Notes: generated by a model not told the origin, from the letters alone. A stretch of 64,000 bases of DNA from Candidatus Borrarchaeum weybense (GCA_019057385.1 JAHQJS010000004.1:1044727-1108726); one strand, 5' to 3'. Positions 34,639 to 45,310 are shown, counted from the first letter of the stretch. Translations and numbers: made by a program.

Positions 34639-36996
34639 ATGACTGAGAAACCTGCCAGTTTGAAATTCAAGAAATTGAAGACCCCAACGTTAGAGATCGA
34701 TGGACTTGAATTTGCTATCGGTAAACTCCTCGAAGAAGAAGAATGGGCAGAACCAATGGGTCCTACGCCAAAGCCAGAGATAACTGATCTTCGCTCATGG
34801 GATCGAAGAATGTTAGAACGGTATAAGCCTTACTACATGCCTTTCTTAGACATTTGTCCTGCACTATGCACTTATGGCCCCTGTGACTTATCCGCAGGGA
34901 AGAAGGGTGCATGTGGGTTGGACATAAATGCTCAAGCAAGTCGAATAGTTCTTCTTGCGTGTTGTATGGGTGCATCTGCTCATGGAGCACATGGACGACA
35001 TTTACTAGATCACTTAATCGAAGAACACGGGAGTGATTATCCTATAGATCTAGGGGACAAAGTAGAGGTCGAAGCTCCACTGACTAGATTGATTGTAGGT
35101 ATAAAACCAAAAACACTTGGAGACTTAGTCGAAGCACAGAATTATGTTGAAGAACAAATAACGCATTGCGTAAGTTCTGCACACACTGGACAAGAAGGCG
35201 ATAATATCGATTACGAATCAAAGGCATTGCACGTTTCAATGTGTGATAGTTTAGCTATGGAAATTGCAGATTTAGCACAAATTGTTGGCTATGATTTACC
35301 AAAAGGCGAACCGGATGTCCCGCTCATCGAATTGGGTGCTGGGACAATTGATAGAACAAAGCCCGTAATCTTAGTAATCGGACACAATGTTGCTGCTGGA
35401 GCAGAAATCGTTGACTACCTACAAGCAAACGAAAATTACGATTTCGACGATATCGAACTCTGTGGAATCTGTTGTACAGCGCTTGATATTAGTCGTTATT
35501 CTGACAGGGCAAAAGTTGTAGGAGCAATGTATGAACAAATAAAGTTTATACGTTCTGGACTAGCTGATGTGATCATGGTCGATGAACAATGCGTACGGAC
35601 AGATATACTTGATGTAGCAAAAGAGGTAAAGACTCCTGTTTTAGCGACATTGAATAAAATGGCGTTAGGATTGAAAGATCGTACGCATGATTCCGTTGAT
35701 CAGATAGTAAGTGATCTTGTATCCTATAAGGAGCCAGGTGCGCTAATATTAGAACCAGAGGTTTCTGCTGAAGTAGCAGTGAAGTTAGCTATGGCCATCG
35801 CACCAGAGAGGAAGAAGTTCAAGGTGATTCCCGACATGGAAGAATTCAATTCAATGATCAACAAGTGTATAAACTGTGAGCTTTGTAAGCGGGCGTGTCC
35901 TTTGGATCTCGAAATTCCTGCGGCAATGACAGCAGCAAAGCAAGGCGACTTACAACCACTTGCTGAACTTCACAATGTTTGTATCGGGTGCGTAAGATGT
36001 GAGGGAATTTGTAGAGAAGGTATTGATATTTTAAGCGTAATTGAAAAAGCAGCTGAGAAATACGTTAAAGAAGAGAAGTACAAAGTACGTGCTGGACGAG
36101 GTCCAATAACTGACGTAGAAATCCGTGATGTCGGTGCTCCTATTGTATTAGGTGAAATCCCAGGCGTTGTAGCAATCGTTGGCTGCCCAAATTATCCTAA
36201 TGGTGCGAGCGAAATAGGGCTACTAGCTGAAGAATTCCTCAAAAGACGATATATTGTAGTTGCGAGCGGTTGTGGCGCTATGGACATCGGAAAATATAGA
36301 GATGAAGAAGGCCAAACGCTTTATGAAAAATATCCAGGATATTTTGATGCTGGTGGCCTTGTCAATGTTGGTTCATGTGTTAGCAACGCACATATTGATG
36401 GAGCAGTAATAAAAATTGCTAACATTTTCGCAAGGAGGCCTCTACGTGGAAACTATGAAGAAATTGCGGACTATTCCCTGAATCGTGTAGGAGCCGTAGG
36501 TGTTGCATGGGGAGCAATGAGCCAAAAAGCAGCCTCTATTGGAACGGGAGCGAACAGACTCGGCATTCCTGTGATTGTAGGGCCGCATGGTGGTAAATAC
36601 AGACGATTCTATATGGGTCGTTCAGAGAAAGATGAAGACTGGAATGTCTACAATGCCCGTACTGGTGAAGAAATGTATGTTGGACCCGCACCGGAACATC
36701 TTATTTATGGTGCAGAATCTATAGAAGAATGCATTGTTGCGACAGCAAAATTATGTTTGCGACCAAACGATACTACTAAGGGACGGGCAATAAAACTAAC
36801 GCATTACATCGACCTTCATCAGAAGTATATCGGAACATTCCCAGATGATGTCCACAAATTCGTAAGAACTGAAGCCGATATTCCAATTACAATGAAAGAT
36901 AAGGTAATAGAGCATCTGAAGGAAAAGGGCTGGGAACCGAGTGAAGTCCCTGATCCAACTTTGTTACCACGACTAATTAGAAAACCAAAGTCATGA
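34639..36996 (+). CDS. cdhA: CO dehydrogenase (ACDS) alpha subunit
   Basis: EPMGPTPKP, HGAHGRH, C-cluster ligand motifs (GHNV, ICCT, DEQC, GCPNY, SGCG, GSCVSN), two ferredoxin motifs. Confidence 0.97.
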   Translation: MTEKPASLKFKKLKTPTLEIDGLEFAIGKLLEEEEWAEPMGPTPKPEITDLRSWDRRMLERYKPYYMPFLDICPALCTYGPCDLSAGKKGACGLDINAQASRIVLLACCMGASAHGAHGRHLLDHLIEEHGSDYPIDLGDKVEVEAPLTRLIVGIKPKTLGDLVEAQNYVEEQITHCVSSAHTGQEGDNIDYESKALHVSMCDSLAMEIADLAQIVGYDLPKGEPDVPLIELGAGTIDRTKPVILVIGHNVAAGAEIVDYLQANENYDFDDIELCGICCTALDISRYSDRAKVVGAMYEQIKFIRSGLADVIMVDEQCVRTDILDVAKEVKTPVLATLNKMALGLKDRTHDSVDQIVSDLVSYKEPGALILEPEVSAEVAVKLAMAIAPERKKFKVIPDMEEFNSMINKCINCELCKRACPLDLEIPAAMTAAKQGDLQPLAELHNVCIGCVRCEGICREGIDILSVIEKAAEKYVKEEKYKVRAGRGPITDVEIRDVGAPIVLGEIPGVVAIVGCPNYPNGASEIGLLAEEFLKRRYIVVASGCGAMDIGKYRDEEGQTLYEKYPGYFDAGGLVNVGSCVSNAHIDGAVIKIANIFARRPLRGNYEEIADYSLNRVGAVGVAWGAMSQKAASIGTGANRLGIPVIVGPHGGKYRRFYMGRSEKDEDWNVYNARTGEEMYVGPAPEHLIYGAESIEECIVATAKLCLRPNDTTKGRAIKLTHYIDLHQKYIGTFPDDVHKFVRTEADIPITMKDKVIEHLKEKGWEPSEVPDPTLLPRLIRKPKS

Positions 36997-37005
36997 GGGT
37001 AAAAA

Positions 37006-37533
37006 ATGAGTATGCCATATAATATAGCTAATGTAAGAGGTCCACTTGAAGCAACAGTTATGAAATCACCAAAAACTGTTGTTAATATACTCAAACATGC
37101 AAAACGTCCTATACTGATCGTTGAAAGCAATGCGTTGAAGACAGTAGATGACAAATCGCCAATAGATTTTGCAATCGAGTTTGCTAAGAAGACAGAAATG
37201 CCAGTTGTAGCTACCGCACATACTATGAAAGCCTTTCTTGAAAGAGAATTCGAAGCAGCCACTGTTATGGGCGTAGCAGATATCACTAATCGGATTATTG
37301 ACCCTGAATGGAAAGGTCTAGACGGAAAGGGCGGTTATGACGTCATTTTTTATCTAGGCGGTCTCTATTACTTCCAAACACAAATTCTCTCTTCTATAAA
37401 ACACGGTGCTACGAGTTTAAAGTCGGTCAGCTTAGATCGATCATACGATCCTAATGCTACCTTTAGTTTTGGAAATTTAACAGTGGATGAATGGAGTGCA
37501 GCACTCGAAGAAATACTTACTCTATTGAAATAG
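37006..37533 (+). CDS. cdhB: ACDS epsilon subunit
   Basis: AKRPILIV, DPEWKGLDGKGGYD, PNATFSFGNL; directly after cdhA. Confidence 0.93.
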   Translation: MSMPYNIANVRGPLEATVMKSPKTVVNILKHAKRPILIVESNALKTVDDKSPIDFAIEFAKKTEMPVVATAHTMKAFLEREFEAATVMGVADITNRIIDPEWKGLDGKGGYDVIFYLGGLYYFQTQILSSIKHGATSLKSVSLDRSYDPNATFSFGNLTVDEWSAALEEILTLLK

Positions 37534-37845
37534 TGAGTTCACTAAATTTACCTCTCTTTTTTTATTTTTACGCCTTTAACTGAATTTTTTCCAAATCTTA
37601 AGTGAAAAAGCTTTAGAGGATCTGTGAAAATAGGCGAACAAAGAAAATTCTCTTTAGCAAGTTTTGTCGGAAATCACAAGTGCATTCTAACACCCGATCA
37701 GCTTAGCAAAGAATTCTGTAGTTCTTCTAATAGCAGAATAATTCAAATAGGATAATTATACTATTATATAATGGGGTTGATTTTGTCCCAATTTTAAGTT
37801 TGAACGTTATCTTCCAAGATTAGTTAATTAGATGAGGTTGCAAAA

Positions 37846-38184
37846 ATGACCGAAAAGGAAAGCGCAAAAGAAGAGGAAAAAAAAGAGCAAGAAGATATCT
37901 GGTTTACTTTTGGGAATATTAGAATGGTCATAAACAAACAAGCAGAAGGATGGACCAATATCGCTGTGTTTTTTCAAGATGAGGATATAAGAGAAACAAA
38001 GATTGGCAAAAGAGTCCAATTTGGCATTATGGATCGTCACTTACCACAGTTTCTCGATGCTTTGTCAGGGACATCGACAGAACCTGAAAAGCCAATAGAG
38101 ACAATTAGTGAAGTCGATAAGAAAATATTGGAACTAGGAAAGAAGATAATTGAATTAATCAAATCTTCAGCTGTTTTAAACTAA
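37846..38184 (+). CDS. Hypothetical protein
   Basis: 112-aa ORF with GAGGT SD and downstream T-tract. Confidence 0.65.
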   Translation: MTEKESAKEEEKKEQEDIWFTFGNIRMVINKQAEGWTNIAVFFQDEDIRETKIGKRVQFGIMDRHLPQFLDALSGTSTEPEKPIETISEVDKKILELGKKIIELIKSSAVLN

Positions 38185-38310
38185 AATAGTTTTATTTACT
38201 CTTTTTTTTTGTATAAGTTCCCTATTTTTATTTATGAGATGCAAAAATGAATTTTAGCAACAAATTTGCAGCGAAGATTTTTTATTACACCTTTTGACTA
38301 AATGACTTAA

Positions 38311-40131
38311 GTGAGGGAGTACACGATGAGTTCGAATAATAGCGAAATTCTTTCTAAGATTTTAGACGAAGAGCAATATAAAGTGTATCTTTCGGTCTAC
38401 TCGATGGGATCAGTAGCAACCATCGGTCAAATAAGTTTGATCACGGGATTTGATCTTCTAAAGGTGTCAAAGGTCATAGAAGACCTAATAAGCCTTGGCT
38501 TTATAAAAAAGGTAGAAGGCTTAATGCCCCGATATATAGCCCTTCATTCACAACTTCTTTCAACAGTCGAAATTGATAAAAATTTTCGGTATGAGATGCT
38601 GAATCTTAGATTTCAGATTGAAAAAGACTTAGAGGAAGCACTTCGTGATACTCTTTCGTCTCTAAAAGAATATACAGAAAAATATACATCAAAGTTTACT
38701 GAGGCAATTGAGAGTTTTTATGGAAGTTTTCTCCAAGAAAAAGAAAGCCTTGAAAGAAGTATTTCTCAGATATTCTCTTCTTTTGACGAATTGATTACAG
38801 AAACAAAGCAACAATATTCCACGATTTTTACCAATATCGTTCGTAATTATTTCTTTGAAGAACATGGACCTCTAATAAAACTGCGAAACCATATTTTTAG
38901 CGAACTTGATAATCAAGTTCAAATACATGAAGAAAAACTACTAAAAAGCCAACCCGAAACAGAAGAGGTTTTTGATAGCTATAAAGACTGCCTACACACT
39001 TCAAAAACCCAATTTCAACAAACTATTGAGAGAATAGTCACTGCGAATGAAGCAAAATTCTTGAGTATAATAGAAGAGATTCGCAGATTGTATAGTGAAT
39101 CTATTATTAAAACTGATGAGTTTGCCCAAGCGCAAAAAGAATTCGATGAAAAAACCAATAATCTAAAAGATACCTTGATATTAGATAATGATATGTTCAA
39201 AAAGGATTGTAAAAAGGATTTAGTTGATGTACTAGACTCAACAACTTCTAATCTTTCAGAAAAACTTCTCAATGTTCTTCAAGACTCCGTTGAACATTAT
39301 AAATCTACAACTGCTGCACTAAAAGATGAACTAATTAAAGGTATTGCTCAATTTCAGAGCGAAGAAATAGAAAAATCACTAGATGACTATACACAAAAAC
39401 TAGAAGACCGATTTTCTAAAATTGTTGTCTCCTCGAAAGAAAAAATTCAGGAATCCTCACAAATTATTGAAAAACTGCTATCCGACTCAATGAAAGAGTT
39501 AGAAGCATCATTAAACGAATCAGTTACTTCTTTAGATAGTGATGTGAATAATTTTCTAAGAGAAAAGCAAGCTTATTACAAGGACAAAATGGCTGTTTCC
39601 AAGCAAAAGATAAGCGAAAAAATTGAAGCTAGTGTCTATTTACTTGAAGAAAGTGAAAAACTGCTAAATAAGATTGTGGATGATAGCAAATTCATTAAAC
39701 TACCAGGATATCAAAGAACGTTCACCATCACGGGAACAACGAATGCAATTAATTACGCCCGTGATATGATCCTTCGAACTAAATCTACAATAACCCTAGT
39801 TACGCCAACTCTCTCCCCTGAACTCCTTGGAACTGCAAAAAACGTATCAAATCGAACACGTCTGATATTCGTAACAGATATTGATCTGACTCGTTATGGA
39901 GATTCAGTAAAAGAGCTAATAGCGAAAGGAAATATCCGTTTTAAACAATACGATAGGCAGGATTATTGGGCTGTCTTAAAAGATCGTGAGGAAGTACTTT
40001 TTGGACCACAAGTTGAAAAAGAAGGTGATGAATTCGTCGCAATTCTATCTGAACATGAAGGGACCGTGCAGATTTTCGAACAGTTTATGAACTCACAGTT
40101 CTTGGGACGTTCTAAAGAGGTACTCTTATAA
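38311..40131 (+). CDS. TrmB-like protein: wHTH, ~370-aa helical/coiled-coil insert, PLD-like sensor domain
   Basis: KVYLSV...IEDLISLGFI..RYIA N-terminus; DMILRTKSTITLVTP...KDREEVLF C-terminus. Confidence 0.75.
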   Translation: MREYTMSSNNSEILSKILDEEQYKVYLSVYSMGSVATIGQISLITGFDLLKVSKVIEDLISLGFIKKVEGLMPRYIALHSQLLSTVEIDKNFRYEMLNLRFQIEKDLEEALRDTLSSLKEYTEKYTSKFTEAIESFYGSFLQEKESLERSISQIFSSFDELITETKQQYSTIFTNIVRNYFFEEHGPLIKLRNHIFSELDNQVQIHEEKLLKSQPETEEVFDSYKDCLHTSKTQFQQTIERIVTANEAKFLSIIEEIRRLYSESIIKTDEFAQAQKEFDEKTNNLKDTLILDNDMFKKDCKKDLVDVLDSTTSNLSEKLLNVLQDSVEHYKSTTAALKDELIKGIAQFQSEEIEKSLDDYTQKLEDRFSKIVVSSKEKIQESSQIIEKLLSDSMKELEASLNESVTSLDSDVNNFLREKQAYYKDKMAVSKQKISEKIEASVYLLEESEKLLNKIVDDSKFIKLPGYQRTFTITGTTNAINYARDMILRTKSTITLVTPTLSPELLGTAKNVSNRTRLIFVTDIDLTRYGDSVKELIAKGNIRFKQYDRQDYWAVLKDREEVLFGPQVEKEGDEFVAILSEHEGTVQIFEQFMNSQFLGRSKEVLL

Positions 40132-40137
40132 ACTACC

Positions 40138-40245
40138 TCACGGTGGAGACGTGATAGTTCTACGATAGTATATCTCCAAGAAGATCTTAGAGTTAACAGT
40201 TAGGATAATCTCTTGACAAAAACCACAATCAATATTTTTTTCCAT
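40138..40245 (-). pseudogene. Possible truncated HIT-family N-terminal relic
   Basis: SD-like AGGTTGA, then MEKNIDCGFCQEIILTVNSKIFLE resembling the HIT DCxFC start; ends inside a palindrome. Confidence 0.3.
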
Positions 40246-41028
40246 TTCAACCTTTTTCCCCTTTTAATATCAGATAGTTATGAGTTTAAGGATCTAGTTT
40301 TTCTTTTCATGTTTGTATCTCTTAAAAATCACAAAAACATGAACAATATACAAAAAGATGTATTATTTAGCAGCTAGTTGAACTCTATGCAAATATATTC
40401 GGAAAATATTCACCAAGCGTCTTTGATAGTCAAGAAATTGTATAACGCGCACGTTGTTTACTGAATTTCACACTAATTATTTGAATTATTTTGGCTAGCG
40501 TAAAGAAACTCAACATATCCGTTTTTGTGCCCCTCTGTATGTTTCTTATTCTCTATATGTGAATTAGATGTTAAATTAGTCTTTTATATGTTAATTCTGT
40601 GGCAATTTGAAATATATCAGTAATTTAAAAGACGGGCTTCAGAAGCGAATGTAGGGGAAAAAATGAATACTCATAGCAAAAATTAACTGAAAATATGCGC
40701 ATAGGGGTAATATTTTTTAAAGAAACTTACCCAATTAGATTATTTTGATGAATACACTTACAATATGTAATATTTAGCGGAATTCTATTAAAATAGCCAA
40801 TTATTTATTGAAATCTCTATCAATAATTGTGATTAACCGATAGACTCAGTAATCCACTTAAGATTAAAAATGCGCGCGACAAAAATATTGAAGCTGCAAC
40901 CAACTCTCGGGGTATTAGATAAAGGCACTAACAATGATTTATGACCCAAAAATGACATTTGATTCATAATATGCCTTCCATGAGATCACTAATAACTCGA
41001 ATATAAGCCTAACGAATGATGTATCTAA

Positions 41029-42441
41029 ATGAGCGTCTTACTAATTAACCCTCCATCATTTGTGTCTGAAAACGAAGTGATGGATCGGTTTCAAATTATT
41101 ACACCTCCTTTAGGCTTAGCCTATCTCGCAGGAATGCTAGAACATTATGAGCATCCTGTCAAAATTCTTGACGGGATAGCATTAAATCTCTCGTTATCAA
41201 GACTAAAGAAATTAATAAAAAAAGAACAACCACGCATTGTAGGAGTCACAGCAACTACAAGTCAAATATTTGATGCGCTAAAGGTGGTCAAAGCAGCTAA
41301 AGAAGTCTGTCCAGGATGCTTTACTATTATTGGTGGTGCACATGTAACATTCTTACCGCTTGAAACAATGAACGATCCCTTATATGGAAAATATCTTGAT
41401 GCGGTGTGCATAGGGGAAGGTGAACAAACACTATTAGAATTAACACAGACTCTTGAAAAGAATGGTGATGATTTATCTACAGTCCGTGGGATTGCCTATC
41501 GAAACAATTCATCAATTAAAATAAATAACCCCCGTCCTCCAATAGAAGATCTAGACAGTTTACCTTGGCCATCTCGTCATCTACTCCCTATGGATCGCTA
41601 TAAACTCTTGGGAAAAGAAGAAGATATCGGTCATATCTATACCAGTCGAGGGTGTCCGTTTAATTGTATTTTTTGTTCAAGTTCAAAAATCCTTGGAAAT
41701 CGCTTTAGAGCACGTTCACCTGAGTCAGTTGTGGAGGAATTTGAGCATATAGCAAGCGAATATGATCCTATGACAATCGAATTCGTTGATGATATATTTA
41801 CCTTGAATCGAAAAAGAGTCACAAAAATTTGCAGAAAATTGAGGACCCAGCATCTTTATGATATATCATGGGCCTGTTCCAGCAGGATAAACATTACAAC
41901 AAGAACCATGCTTTCTGAAATGAAAAAAGCGGGTTGTTTCCTTATATATTACGGCATCGAGTCAGGATCTCAGCATGTTTTAGATCTAATGAAGAAACAG
42001 CTTCGTATCGAACAAATCGTTAAAGTGGTTAAATGGACTCAGGAAGCCAAGATAAATGTATTGGGCTCATTCCTTTTCGGAATTCCGGGTGAAACAAAGG
42101 TTGAAATGGAACAAACTATTCGCTTTGCAACGAAATTAGGCCTTTTATATACACAATTCTCTATTGCAACGCCTTATCCAGGAACTGAGTTATATGAAAT
42201 AGCATGTAAAAATAACTATTTGATAGAAACCGATTGGAGTAAGTACACTAGTGGCAAGCCTATAATCGAAACTGACGATTTTACTTCGGATGATCTAAAG
42301 TACTACCTAAGAAAGGCATACCTCACTTTTTATCTTTCACCAAGAGTTTTGCTTAATCAAATTAGAGCAAAAAACTTTTTTCTTTTTGTAAATGCAGCTA
42401 AATTACTTATCAAATCAAAATTAGCGTCATTGGCAGCTTAA
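41029..42441 (+). CDS. Cobalamin-binding radical SAM methyltransferase (class B)
   Basis: PPLGLAYLA, GGAHVT, SRGCPFNCIFC, GIESGS, TPYPGT. Confidence 0.9.
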   Translation: MSVLLINPPSFVSENEVMDRFQIITPPLGLAYLAGMLEHYEHPVKILDGIALNLSLSRLKKLIKKEQPRIVGVTATTSQIFDALKVVKAAKEVCPGCFTIIGGAHVTFLPLETMNDPLYGKYLDAVCIGEGEQTLLELTQTLEKNGDDLSTVRGIAYRNNSSIKINNPRPPIEDLDSLPWPSRHLLPMDRYKLLGKEEDIGHIYTSRGCPFNCIFCSSSKILGNRFRARSPESVVEEFEHIASEYDPMTIEFVDDIFTLNRKRVTKICRKLRTQHLYDISWACSSRINITTRTMLSEMKKAGCFLIYYGIESGSQHVLDLMKKQLRIEQIVKVVKWTQEAKINVLGSFLFGIPGETKVEMEQTIRFATKLGLLYTQFSIATPYPGTELYEIACKNNYLIETDWSKYTSGKPIIETDDFTSDDLKYYLRKAYLTFYLSPRVLLNQIRAKNFFLFVNAAKLLIKSKLASLAA

Positions 42442-42502
42442 TGTATCAATTCGAGAGCAAATCGAAAAAATAGAACCTATTACAGATTAGGAGGAAATAA
42501 AA

Positions 42503-44002
42503 TTGAATGAGACAAATGAAAATAATATAAAAGCAAGTCTTGTCGATTCTATACAGGTTCTTAAGGCAAATATCGACCGACCAATCATTCGAAAAATTCT
42601 AAGACTAATTAGCACAAAGTGCCCAAAGGATAGAAAAAATCGCCTTGAGATCGCCCTAGAACTTATGACAAATACTCGCTCTAGAGCAGATACCTGTGTT
42701 ATATGCAATCTATTTGCACCTTTGCTTAACGGCATCGTTACCCGAAGTGCGAAGGCCTTTGGAGTGACAAAAGAACAATTAGTTGAAAAATTTGAGAACC
42801 CCTATTGGAGACGAGGCTTAGTCAATACAGTAACAGGAATTGCAAAGTTCGGCGTAACTAAACCTTTTGTCCCTTCTGCACCTTTTCTGGTCGTCTGGGA
42901 TTATACATATGCATGCAATTTGCAGTGTAAACACTGCTATGCAACTGCTGGAAAACCATTAAAGGACGAACTCACCACAAAAGAAGCATTCAAATGTGTA
43001 GATCAACTTGCAGAAGCGGGCGTCACGTCAATTGCTTTTTCTGGAGGCGAAGCGCTCATCCGTAAAGATTTTTTCAAAGTTGCAGGACATGCTAGAGATC
43101 TTGGCATCTTTCCAGCTGTAGCTACCAATGGAACATTATTAACGAAGGAAATGGTGAAAAAACTCAAGAAATTGAACTTAGGTTATGTACAGATAAGTCT
43201 AGATGGGGCGTGTGCAAAAACCCATGATATGTTTCGCGGTGTACCAGGGATGTTTGAAAAAACTGTTCAAGGAATAAAAAACTGCGTAGAAGCTGGAGAC
43301 ATCTTTGTAGAGGTAGCCACAACCATTACTAACCTAAATTATAAGGAATTTCCTGAGATCGTTCGATTATGCCGAGAACTAGGGATAGATTGGTTCATGC
43401 ATTACAATTTTGTCCCTGTTGGAAGAGGTACAACGATTATGGATCTTGATTTAGATCCTTTTGAAAGGGAAAAAATGATACGATATTTGTGGCATGAGCT
43501 TCGAACTGATGATTCGATGGCGTTGCTATCCACAGCTCCACAATTTGCTCGAATAGCGATTCAAGAGGAACATGGAGACTCTGCCGTAATTCCATCTCAC
43601 TTCTACAATTGTGATTTACCGGGACAATTACAAAATCTCAGTTCGTTCGTTGGAGGTTGTGGCGCAGGAAGATTTTACTGTGCAGTTCGACCTAATGGAA
43701 ATATTGAGCCCTGTGTGTTTTTGCCAATTACAGTGGGTAATATTCGGCATGACAATTTTGAAGAGTTATGGGAAAACAACAGAACTCTCTGGACATTAAG
43801 AGATCGTGATAAACTTCAGGATAACTGCGGTAGTTGCAAATTCAAATATGTCTGTGGAGGATGTAGAGCCCGCGCCTATGCCTATTTTGGGGATATTAGA
43901 GCGCCTGATCCTGGCTGTATAAATAATAAAGAGGCCTATTACGTTGCAATGCAAAAACAACTCCTGAAGACTCAGTTAACGCAACTAAAAGTACGTGTTT
44001 AA
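42503..44002 (+). CDS. Radical SAM/SPASM protein with ~125-aa N-terminal extension (Gms-like candidate)
   Basis: CNLQCKHC, SGGE, GCGAGRFYC..PC, CGSCKFKYVCGGCRARA..PDPGC. Confidence 0.85.
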   Translation: MNETNENNIKASLVDSIQVLKANIDRPIIRKILRLISTKCPKDRKNRLEIALELMTNTRSRADTCVICNLFAPLLNGIVTRSAKAFGVTKEQLVEKFENPYWRRGLVNTVTGIAKFGVTKPFVPSAPFLVVWDYTYACNLQCKHCYATAGKPLKDELTTKEAFKCVDQLAEAGVTSIAFSGGEALIRKDFFKVAGHARDLGIFPAVATNGTLLTKEMVKKLKKLNLGYVQISLDGACAKTHDMFRGVPGMFEKTVQGIKNCVEAGDIFVEVATTITNLNYKEFPEIVRLCRELGIDWFMHYNFVPVGRGTTIMDLDLDPFEREKMIRYLWHELRTDDSMALLSTAPQFARIAIQEEHGDSAVIPSHFYNCDLPGQLQNLSSFVGGCGAGRFYCAVRPNGNIEPCVFLPITVGNIRHDNFEELWENNRTLWTLRDRDKLQDNCGSCKFKYVCGGCRARAYAYFGDIRAPDPGCINNKEAYYVAMQKQLLKTQLTQLKVRV

Positions 44003-44081
44003 TTTTTTTCTTTTTTTTTAAAATTAGCAGCGTTTGATGGCTTTCATTTCACTAGAGAAAGCCCACTTGGATACAATAACG

Positions 44082-44978
44082 CTATCGAAAGATAACGGCT
44101 GTTGTACAGTATGCTAGCTTTGCAATATTGTACACATCTGTACCAATAAGGCCTCCAAATCCTCTAGGTCGATGTTTGGCACCTACAACCAGCAAATCAA
44201 AGTTTAGTTTCTTGGTAAGTTCTACGATTGATTTACTGAAATCCCGTCCAATTATGATTCGAGGAATCAGCGGTTCGCCAATGACACAACTTAATTCTCC
44301 AACGTTCCTTAAAAACTCTTTTTTCTCTTGTTGAATTTCAGGGGATGTCGCATTTAATGGAAGGATATCAGGGAGTTCGACAACATGAGCGAGGTGGATT
44401 TCAATATTTGGGGATATGACACTGTAGGCACTTGAAGCCATAGCTGTAGTTAATTTAAGAGCAGCCTTATCATCACCAAGTGTACGGTATGGAACTAGGA
44501 TACGTCGAATTTTTACGCGTCGATATGCCGTCCAGTCTTCAAAAGGTGTGAAGACTATGAAAACTGGAACTTCTGCCCTTCTAGCGACTTCGTAAGTACT
44601 AGTTCCTAAAAGTTCTCGTGTTAGTTTTATACGTTGGGCGCCCATCACAATGAGGTCTGCATCAATTTCATCGGATTTCTTTAAAATTAATTCTTCAATG
44701 CTTCCATCGCCTTCAACTGTATCAAGATCAACTGTGATTTTTAGCTCTTCTGCATATACACTAATCTCATCATATAAATCCTCAAGTAGCGGTTCTTCTT
44801 CCTCTTCCTCTTCCTCTTCGACGTGTAAAATCCATATCTTCGCATTTGCACATTCTGCTAAAAAGAATGCCAGCGTAATTGCATCTCCTTCAGCAGGAAA
44901 ACCTTTTATTGGGAGTAGAATGTTATTTAAGCCTATAGTACAGCCCCATTCCAAATCGTCTAAAAAACTTCTTGTCAC
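44082..44978 (-). CDS. Tandem universal stress protein
   Basis: ILLPI..., ADLIVMGA, LLGTSTYEV; second domain DLLVVGA..LIGT. Confidence 0.88.
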   Translation of the reverse strand: MTRSFLDDLEWGCTIGLNNILLPIKGFPAEGDAITLAFFLAECANAKIWILHVEEEEEEEEEPLLEDLYDEISVYAEELKITVDLDTVEGDGSIEELILKKSDEIDADLIVMGAQRIKLTRELLGTSTYEVARRAEVPVFIVFTPFEDWTAYRRVKIRRILVPYRTLGDDKAALKLTTAMASSAYSVISPNIEIHLAHVVELPDILPLNATSPEIQQEKKEFLRNVGELSCVIGEPLIPRIIIGRDFSKSIVELTKKLNFDLLVVGAKHRPRGFGGLIGTDVYNIAKLAYCTTAVIFR

Positions 44979-45310
44979 TGGTCGAGAACGTTGAATTCTG
45001 AAACCTCCAGAGCGCCTTTTTTACATTATTACTAGTTCTTTAAAGAACTTATACTTTTCGCTTTATGCTATTTTACTAAATCATTCAGGTTAAAAAACTC
45101 AGTAAAAGCTCTGAGTTGCTCAAATTGAGAAGCTCTAAATTTATCAAAGGATTTTCGGTAACAAACCAGCCTCGACAAAAGGGAGCTATTGAATATACCA
45201 TCCATAAAAGTAATATTTTTATATCTAAGCATTTCCTCACAATTTCAATCGGATCAGACAAATTTACCACCTATTAAACAATTTTTCTCAATTTATGTGA
45301 GCGACTTGCT

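Noticed and set aside
44039-44063. GGCTTTC...GAAAGCC hairpin as a SECIS element
   Set aside because: No adjacent UGA-containing gene; it lies between convergent genes near a T-tract, so a terminator role is simpler.
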